From NCBI RefSeq assembly GCF_000023965.1, contig NC_013202.1, forward strand, positions 1,350,001 through 1,382,000: a DNA stretch of 32,000 nucleotides. Direction: 5' to 3'. A model generated the notes under the pieces. It was not told the DNA's origin. It worked only from the letters and a program-made list of their open reading frames with translations, and did no database searches. Origin of the DNA: Halomicrobium mukohataei DSM 12286. Lineage in GTDB: Archaea > Halobacteriota > Halobacteria > Halobacteriales > Haloarculaceae. The number at the start of each line of letters is the position of its first letter. The stretch's first letter is position 1. The position numbers and the translations under genes were made by a program. This document shows positions 26,080 to 32,000 of this stretch, piece after piece.

Positions 26080-27017
26080 CTACTCTGTTGAATCCGATGA
26101 CTGCGAGCGGATAGCGTTGCTGTGAAGGTGGAAGCGAAGCGGAGAGAGTGAATGTACCAATGCCACTCTTCCGCTTCGTTACACAAGCCGCATCACTGGC
26201 TCAAAAACGCTGTGCCGCCAGCCCCACGGCGGTGGTGAGTGACCCGGCTGGCAACGGATTTGCGGATTGGAAGCATCTGACGCTGCATTTCTTGCGGAAC
26301 CACATGGACGCGAGCTACCGCGAAATCGTCGATTGGGCGAGTGAGATGGATCGCGTTCGTGGCCTGTTGCAGTTGGCTCGGACCGACTTCCCGGCCCCCT
26401 CGACGCTGTGGCGGTCCTTCGAACGGGTGCCGACCCGTATCTGGCGGCAACTGCTCCGTCGGTCGGCGACCCGCTGCGATCCCGGCAATCATGGGGCGCT
26501 GGATGCCACATTTTTCGACCGTGAAGCGGCATCCAGCCACTACGTCGACCGGTCGGATCGCCACATACGCACGCTGAAAACGACGGCCCTCGTAGACACG
26601 GCGTCGTGTGCCGTCCTCGACCTCCACTGTTCGGCACACTGGCCCCACGATACACAGGTCGGCCGTCGGGTGGCGCTGCGCAATACCGCTGAAATCGAGA
26701 TCTCGCCGGTGACAAAGGCTACGACGATCAGTCACTGCGGGACGCACTCCGTTCCGAAGGTGTCCGGCCGGTCATCAGACACCGGCTGTTTGCGCACTAC
26801 GATCACGCCCACAACGCACGGTTGGACAGCGATCTCTACGGGCAGCGATGGATGGCCGAGACCGCATTCTCGGCCATCAACCGCCTATTCGGCTCCGCTG
26901 TCGGGCCGAGCGCGTGGTACCGCGAATTCAGAGAACTGGTGCTGACCGTGGCCGTCTACAACCTCGAACAAGCCATCAAGGAGTGATCACTACGCCATCC
27001 CTGGATTCAACAAGGCA
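26080..27017 (+). mobile_element. IS5-family-like insertion sequence, about 0.94 kb
   Basis: Imperfect terminal inverted repeats are TACTCTGTTGAATCC (26080-26094) and GGATTCAACAAGGCA (27003-27017). The GC content is higher than the flanks, and it holds a single DDE transposase reading frame. No flanking direct repeat is detectable. Confidence 0.75.
26148..26986 (+). pseudogene. DDE transposase (IS4/IS5 superfamily) interrupted by a frameshift near 26693-26705
   Basis: The N-terminal 180 or so codons lie in the track ORF frame (…GALDATFFDR…ALRNTAEIE). The conserved C-terminus lies in the -1 frame and ends at the TGA at 26984-26986. It reads LAGDKGYDDQSLRDALRSEGVRPVIRHR…YGQRWMAETAFSAINRLFG…VYNLEQAIKE*. 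A single base restored in GAG(G)ATCTC would fuse the two parts. Confidence 0.75.
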
Positions 27018-27272
27018 CAGTATGCTTATAAACCTGCTATTAATTCAAATGAGTTCGTTACCAGTCTTCCTAAACTACGATAGAGTCTCTTCCAGAGAGT
27101 CCATACCAATCAAACCCAACCAATGCCGCTGGGTAGGACGTCAGTTTTCCGCGAACGTAATTGGACTTTTCCTCAACAGCCAGTATCCGGACCCGCCGTA
27201 ATCAGTTTCGTATGGGACGGAAACCATCCTTCCATATCCCCGACCAGATCGACGATTGTGTAATAAAACTAG

Positions 27273-28625
27273 TTAATCTATATACCCTAGATCCCGTAAC
27301 TTATTTTTCATTTCATCGTCTATATCAGGTTGAATTGCAGAGTCATCGCTGCTTTTTATACTGGATATGTGCGTTTCGATTTCGTCAACTAGATCCTTCA
27401 CATGGTCCGCCCGATAGTTGATCCGTTCTTTTTCTTGTCCGTCACATAAGTCATACAAGGTATCTGTATTCTCACCTCGATCGTGAATGAGCTTTCTCCT
27501 TCCATCACAGATCATAGCCTGTCCATCTGACGGCGCGTTGGCGTGTGCGAATACATATTGTTTCTCGTCCTTTTCCTGTCGTTCATTTTCATCTACTGCG
27601 AGTAACGACTTCCCTCGACATTTACTCGGTGCAGACTCACCCCTGATATCTGTAATTGTCGGATAAATATCAACGCACGACACGGGTGACTCTACTTTGC
27701 TAGGCTCTATGTTCGGTCCGCGGATAATAAGCGGGACCCGGGTGACTTCGTCACCGAGTGCATCGCCCCCGTGACCGTAATTATCATTTTCCCCAAATGC
27801 TTCACCGTGATCGGACACCAAGATAAGGACCGTATTGTCGAAGCCGAGCTCAGACTGCACCTTGGAAAGGAGCGAATTGAGGCATCGATCAAAGTATTCC
27901 ACTTCTCCCCGATACAATTGACGCAGGATTTCAATCTCGCTATTCACCAAGTCATCTGGAGAATGGATGAATTTTTGCCGAAGTCGAATCGCTTCTTTTT
28001 CTCCAATATCGTGACTAACCGTATTTTTGTGGGGCAGATACGGATGGTGTACGTCCATATAGTGAACCCACCCAAATACTGGAGCTGAAGCGGATTCTAA
28101 CCAGTCGAATACGTACTCATTGAGTTCGGTTCCATCCACGTAAGGAGTCCCGACACCAGTTCCAGTAGCTTTTTCTAGATTCTTCCAAGCTTTCCGCAAA
28201 ACATCATAGAGAATGCTATCTTTCGGTATGTTATTCCCAGCCTTCTTACGTAATTTCGAGACTGTAGACGGTGAATCAGAACCCTCGGAGAAAATGTCGA
28301 AACCACGGTCATATCCGAATGAGGCACTTAGATGGGGGTTTGAGTGGAACGCTGCTGTTCCATAATTCGTGTTTTTGAACTCTTCAATGAGATGTGGACG
28401 ATCGGGGGAATAATAAGACCCATAGTAGTCCCAGGGATACATCCCTGAAAAAATAGATGGAAAAGACATTCCCGTTGAGGTACCGTTCGCATACGCTCGC
28501 TTGAACGTTAGCCCTTCTTCAATTAATTGTTCAATTGTCGGAGCTGATACCGCTTCGTCCGAAAATATAGTATCATACCGCAGTGAATCCACGGTTATGA
28601 GTATGATGTTAGAATTGCCGGTCAT
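27273..28625 (-). CDS. Sulfatase-fold (alkaline-phosphatase superfamily) enzyme, low-GC paralog of 10909..12354
   Basis: 450 aa. Motifs are IILITVDSLRYD, NGTSTGMSFPSIFSG, VSDHGEAFGE and the C-terminal KLRDLGYID. Codon usage is A/T-rich, unlike the first 23 kb. Confidence 0.85.
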   Translation of the reverse strand: MTGNSNIILITVDSLRYDTIFSDEAVSAPTIEQLIEEGLTFKRAYANGTSTGMSFPSIFSGMYPWDYYGSYYSPDRPHLIEEFKNTNYGTAAFHSNPHLSASFGYDRGFDIFSEGSDSPSTVSKLRKKAGNNIPKDSILYDVLRKAWKNLEKATGTGVGTPYVDGTELNEYVFDWLESASAPVFGWVHYMDVHHPYLPHKNTVSHDIGEKEAIRLRQKFIHSPDDLVNSEIEILRQLYRGEVEYFDRCLNSLLSKVQSELGFDNTVLILVSDHGEAFGENDNYGHGGDALGDEVTRVPLIIRGPNIEPSKVESPVSCVDIYPTITDIRGESAPSKCRGKSLLAVDENERQEKDEKQYVFAHANAPSDGQAMICDGRRKLIHDRGENTDTLYDLCDGQEKERINYRADHVKDLVDEIETHISSIKSSDDSAIQPDIDDEMKNKLRDLGYID

Positions 28626-28910
28626 ATTGAGAAGGACGCAGATTGGTCAATAAAGGCTTCGAAAGAAGAACACCGACTGTAGCCGGACAAATGCCCAACC
28701 AAAGAATGTGGATCGCTTTGGAAGGGAAAATCCAGTATCGCAAACTCGTTGCTTCCGCTTGATGGTTCCTCTATCGATAATGTTCTCATGTGGAGCAGCA
28801 GAATCTAGCTAGGGTATCGCAATCATTTAGTATGGGTGAAATGATTGATCTTCAGGCCGCAAAACAACGGATTTTTATCTGCGCTGAACCACTCCTCAGT
28901 TGGATTATTA

Positions 28911-30713
28911 ATGGCGGATGAACCGGATAATGTCTCTCGGCGGGACAAAATAGAAGCCGTGATAGCAGTCGCCCGATTTCGGCCACGCTTCACCGTCGGT
29001 GTTTTCGCCTTTGGGATAACCGCTGCGCTGTTTGAGGGAATCGGTCTCAGTTTCATACTCCCTATTGTGGAACTCGTGCAGACCCAGGATTCAGCATCTG
29101 AGGCTGACGGACTCTTAGCGATATTTGTGACGTTGTATCGGACCGCCGGGGTCCCATTTACGCTCGGTACTGTGATACTAGGGGTGTCGGGAGTGATGGT
29201 TGCACGGTATACCTCAAACTTTGTCGTTGCTTGGTTGCGGGAAGCGTTGCGAACCTATTATATCCGAGATCTACAGGATCGCGCGTTTAGAAACGCACTG
29301 AACGCCCGCGTCGATTATTACGATGAGGAGGGTTCCGACGATATACTGAACGCAATTGTAACCCAAACGTACTATGCCGGACGAGTCATTAAGCGCGGTA
29401 TCCAGTTCCTTGAACAGACCTTCATGGCGTCTGTATACCTGTTTATCGCCTTTGTAGTCGCCCCGTGGTTGACGCTCTTCGCCGTGTTCGTGCTTGGAGG
29501 ATTTACCCTGGTATTTCGGCAAGTGCTGGAGACGGGCTACGATGTCGGAGAACAGGTCGCCGACGCCAACAAAGAGCGGCAAGAAGCTGCGCAAGCGGGA
29601 ACCCAGGGGATTAGGGACGTTCGAGTTTTCGGAGTCGCAGACGAACTATACCAGGATTTCCAAGACGCGATTGACAAGTACACTCAGGCACGGATACTTC
29701 TGCGGCGGAATGAGGCCGCTATCGACAAGTTTTACAATCTCATCGTCGCCGTATCTGTCTTTGTACTTATATACTTCGCGTTGGAGTTTGCCGATCTGAC
29801 ACTGGGCGCGCTTGGGTTGTTCCTGTACGCGATGTTCAGATTAGGACCGAAGGCGAGCCGAGTGAATACACTTTTTTACCAAGTGGAGAATGATTTGCCC
29901 CATCTGGTCCGAACGCAGGAGTTTATCCACGTACTCGAACAGAATAAAGAAGACAACAGTGGATCGAAAGAGGCGCCCGAGGAGATCAATGGGGTTGAAT
30001 TTGAGGATGTATGGTTCTCATACAACGATAGCGAGACCGTTCTCCAGGGGATGAACTTTCAAGTGGAAAAAGGCCAGTTCGTCGGATTCGTTGGACAGTC
30101 AGGAGCAGGCAAGTCGACTCTCGTCTCCTTGCTAGCACGGATGTACGAGATTGACCGGGGCACGATCAAGGCTAACGGGGTATCAATCGATGAGATTGAC
30201 ATCGACGACTGGCGTGAATGTCTGTCGGTCGTCCGTCAGAACCCGTTCATTTTCAACGATACACTCCGATACAACTTGACAATCGGGAACCGTGACGTGA
30301 GTGAGTCAGAATTAGACCAAGTCTGTTCGATCGCACGAGTTGACGAGTTTCTCGAAGATCTCCCGGACGGGTACGACACAATGCTCGGCGACGAAGGTGT
30401 CCGGTTGTCGGGCGGTCAAAAGCAGCGCGTCGCACTTGCACGGGCGCTGATCAAGGACGCCGACCTGTTAATCATGGACGAGGCAACGAGCGACTTGGAC
30501 TCGGATCTTGAGAAGCAAGTGCAGCGCGCAATCGAGGAAATGGACAGGAATTATGCGATAATTACGATCGCACACCGGCTATCAACCGTGAAGAACGCTG
30601 ATCGGATTTACACTGTTGAGGATGGACGGATCACCGAACGCGGAACCCACAACGAATTGGTAGAGACCGATGGGAAGTACGCGGAATTGTACGGAATCCA
30701 ATCAGGAAGATAA
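28911..30713 (+). CDS. Fused TMD-NBD ABC exporter half-transporter (MsbA/PglK-like)
   Basis: The ATG at 28911 (MADEPDNVSRRDK…) is preferred to the TTG at 28845. It has about 6 TM segments followed by Walker A (GQSGAGKST), the signature LSGGQKQR, Walker B (LLIMDEATS) and the H-loop (ITIAHR). Confidence 0.9.
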   Translation: MADEPDNVSRRDKIEAVIAVARFRPRFTVGVFAFGITAALFEGIGLSFILPIVELVQTQDSASEADGLLAIFVTLYRTAGVPFTLGTVILGVSGVMVARYTSNFVVAWLREALRTYYIRDLQDRAFRNALNARVDYYDEEGSDDILNAIVTQTYYAGRVIKRGIQFLEQTFMASVYLFIAFVVAPWLTLFAVFVLGGFTLVFRQVLETGYDVGEQVADANKERQEAAQAGTQGIRDVRVFGVADELYQDFQDAIDKYTQARILLRRNEAAIDKFYNLIVAVSVFVLIYFALEFADLTLGALGLFLYAMFRLGPKASRVNTLFYQVENDLPHLVRTQEFIHVLEQNKEDNSGSKEAPEEINGVEFEDVWFSYNDSETVLQGMNFQVEKGQFVGFVGQSGAGKSTLVSLLARMYEIDRGTIKANGVSIDEIDIDDWRECLSVVRQNPFIFNDTLRYNLTIGNRDVSESELDQVCSIARVDEFLEDLPDGYDTMLGDEGVRLSGGQKQRVALARALIKDADLLIMDEATSDLDSDLEKQVQRAIEEMDRNYAIITIAHRLSTVKNADRIYTVEDGRITERGTHNELVETDGKYAELYGIQSGR

Positions 30714-30841
30714 TAACTAATTTGAGACAATGGTTGTGGATTTGTGAAGTCTCCCGTCAAGGTTTCGGAAATGGGTTTGGGATCCCCGTTCCGTCCGTTC
30801 GCCGACCACTCGTGTCGAAACCGTTTAATGGTCTACTATCA

Positions 30842-31690
30842 ATGAAATCGGCAGAGGTGAACTCGTTATCCAAGCGACCGTTTTCGGTGTTAATTAGTGT
30901 CTACAAGGAAGATAATCCGGATCACTTCAAGACGGCGCTTGAGAGTATCGTCAATCAAACGATCGTTCCAGACGAGGTGCTCGTCGTGAAAGACGGCCCA
31001 CTCCCCGACGATCTGGATTCGGTGATCGCAGAATTTCAGACATCATATCCGGAAACGTTCGTACAAGTCGCCCTTAACGAGAACCAAGGCCTCGGAAAGG
31101 CGCTACAAACGGGGGTTCGGCTGTGTTCACACGATCTGATCGCAAGAATGGATGCCGATGATGTTTCCGTATCTGAACGGTTTGAAGAACAACTCCGATA
31201 CCTCGAACAACATCCTGAAGTTGACGTGCTCGGGGGATATGTCTCCGAGTTCGATCAGGATCCCGGAGCAGCTGACCGGATCCGAGCAGTTCCACAGGAC
31301 GCCGATGAAATCCGAAAGTTCGCGAGGTCACGATGCCCAACTAATCATCCAACTGTAATATTCCGCCGAGAATCAGTTCTAGAAGCAGGGAACTACAGGC
31401 CATGGCGACTGATGCAAGATTACGAGTTATGGATGAGAATGTTGAATCACGGACACATTATTGAGAATCTACCAAAAGTGCTGGTCAAATCGCGGGCTGG
31501 CAGCGCCCTTTACGGTCGCCGTGGAGGGAAAAAGTACGCTCGTCTTGAGCTCAAGTTACAACGAGAATTCAGACGAATGGGTGTTATCTCTCAAACACGG
31601 TTCGTCAAGAACGTCCTCTCCCGGGTGCCAATACGTCTCGTCCCAAACCGGATCCGTGAACTGATCTACCGATTCTGCTTCCGCTCCTGA
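30842..31690 (+). CDS. Glycosyltransferase family 2 (GT-A fold)
   Basis: The start is at the ATG at 30842. FSVLISVYKEDNPDHFKTALESIVNQT, then DGPLPDD, then the ARMDADD (DxD) motif. 282 aa. Confidence 0.85.
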   Translation: MKSAEVNSLSKRPFSVLISVYKEDNPDHFKTALESIVNQTIVPDEVLVVKDGPLPDDLDSVIAEFQTSYPETFVQVALNENQGLGKALQTGVRLCSHDLIARMDADDVSVSERFEEQLRYLEQHPEVDVLGGYVSEFDQDPGAADRIRAVPQDADEIRKFARSRCPTNHPTVIFRRESVLEAGNYRPWRLMQDYELWMRMLNHGHIIENLPKVLVKSRAGSALYGRRGGKKYARLELKLQREFRRMGVISQTRFVKNVLSRVPIRLVPNRIRELIYRFCFRS

Positions 31691-31721
31691 GTGCCACTCC
31701 CACGCCGGACTCTGTATCCAC

Positions 31722-31934
31722 TGCTCTATTGAATCCGCAGACGGCACTGGGATTGAGGCCGAAGACACAGTTATCAGACTCCATTGGTGACGAATTCTTA
31801 CAACCGACCTTCGATTGATGGGTCGGCTTTGGAGAGCGAAAGCAGATTCTGACTCGCTATCTGTTGCTGACTCCATCTGACACACTCGACGCTAGCCCGT
31901 CGACTTGGCCGCCGTCACCGGATTCAACAGAGCA
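31722..31934. mobile_element. MITE of about 213 bp sharing terminal repeats with the IS at 26080-27017
   Basis: Terminal inverted repeats are TGCTCTATTGAATCC (31722-31736) and GGATTCAACAGAGCA (31920-31934), matching 14/15. Perfect 8-bp direct repeats GTATCCAC flank it at 31714-31721 and 31935-31942. It has no ORF of its own and starts 31 bp after the GT2 stop. Confidence 0.65.
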
Positions 31935-32000
31935 GTATCCACTTAATCAAGGGGGCTCCCTGTCATTACAAGTATCGCCTTCCAGTCTCGTCACTAGCAC

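Noticed and set aside
26690-26705. Programmed -1 ribosomal frameshifting in the IS transposase.
   Set aside because: I saw no X-XXY-YYZ slippery heptamer or A-run in the overlap, which reads GAAATCGAGATCTCGCC. A single-base deletion in GAG-GAT-CTC explains it. It is kept only as a possibility in the findings.
31556-31885. ORF 31556..31885 (-), 109 aa.
   Set aside because: It is antisense to the GT2 3' end and runs through the MITE, so it is likely fortuitous.
1-32000. Search for CRISPR arrays, rRNA genes, tandem repeats and recognisable defence systems.
   Set aside because: I noticed no regularly spaced direct repeats, no rRNA-like conserved segments and no nuclease, helicase or methylase motifs typical of defence loci. 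This was a scan by eye, so short or degenerate arrays could have been missed.

Overview
The window looks like chromosomal DNA from a haloarchaeon (class Halobacteria). Positions 1-23.4 kb are very GC-rich, and the real ORFs encode acidic proteins with strong GC3 bias. Every real gene is shadowed by long Arg/Pro/Gly-rich antisense ORFs. The conserved part carries the archaeosine tRNA-modification genes (raSEA, arcS, tgtA) and trmY. It also carries a sugar-nucleotide trio (aglM-like UDP-glucose dehydrogenase, aglF-like nucleotidyltransferase, SDR epimerase), a GT4 glycosyltransferase and a sulfatase-fold enzyme. Further genes are a LOV-type PAS protein, an SdhA/NadB-family flavoprotein, a NUDIX hydrolase, two Tat-exported proteins, and a VOC dioxygenase/carboxylesterase pair. 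A tRNA-Pro(CGG) gene at 23404-23475 (minus strand, found by hand folding) marks an abrupt change to visibly lower-GC DNA that runs to the window end. This region looks like a surface-glycan island. It holds a bacterial-type polyprenyl-phosphate sugar transferase, degraded gene remnants, an IS5-like element with a frameshifted transposase, a second sulfatase-fold paralog, an MsbA/PglK-like ABC exporter, a GT2 glycosyltransferase and a small MITE. The most unusual signal is a pair of interleaved direct duplications. The 128-bp 5' end of tgtA with its promoter is repeated 3 kb away, fused through a TCGAC microhomology to a 114-bp diverged copy of the NUDIX gene 3' end. This suggests that two alternative cassettes of a variable tgtA-NUDIX locus were joined in tandem. 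Other notable points are a LOV domain whose photoactive Cys is replaced by Pro, two MITE-like elements each flanked by 8-bp direct repeats, and sulfatase-fold proteins with a Thr-type (GTST) motif instead of C/SxPxR. All functional calls rest on remembered family motifs read by eye, because no database search was possible.
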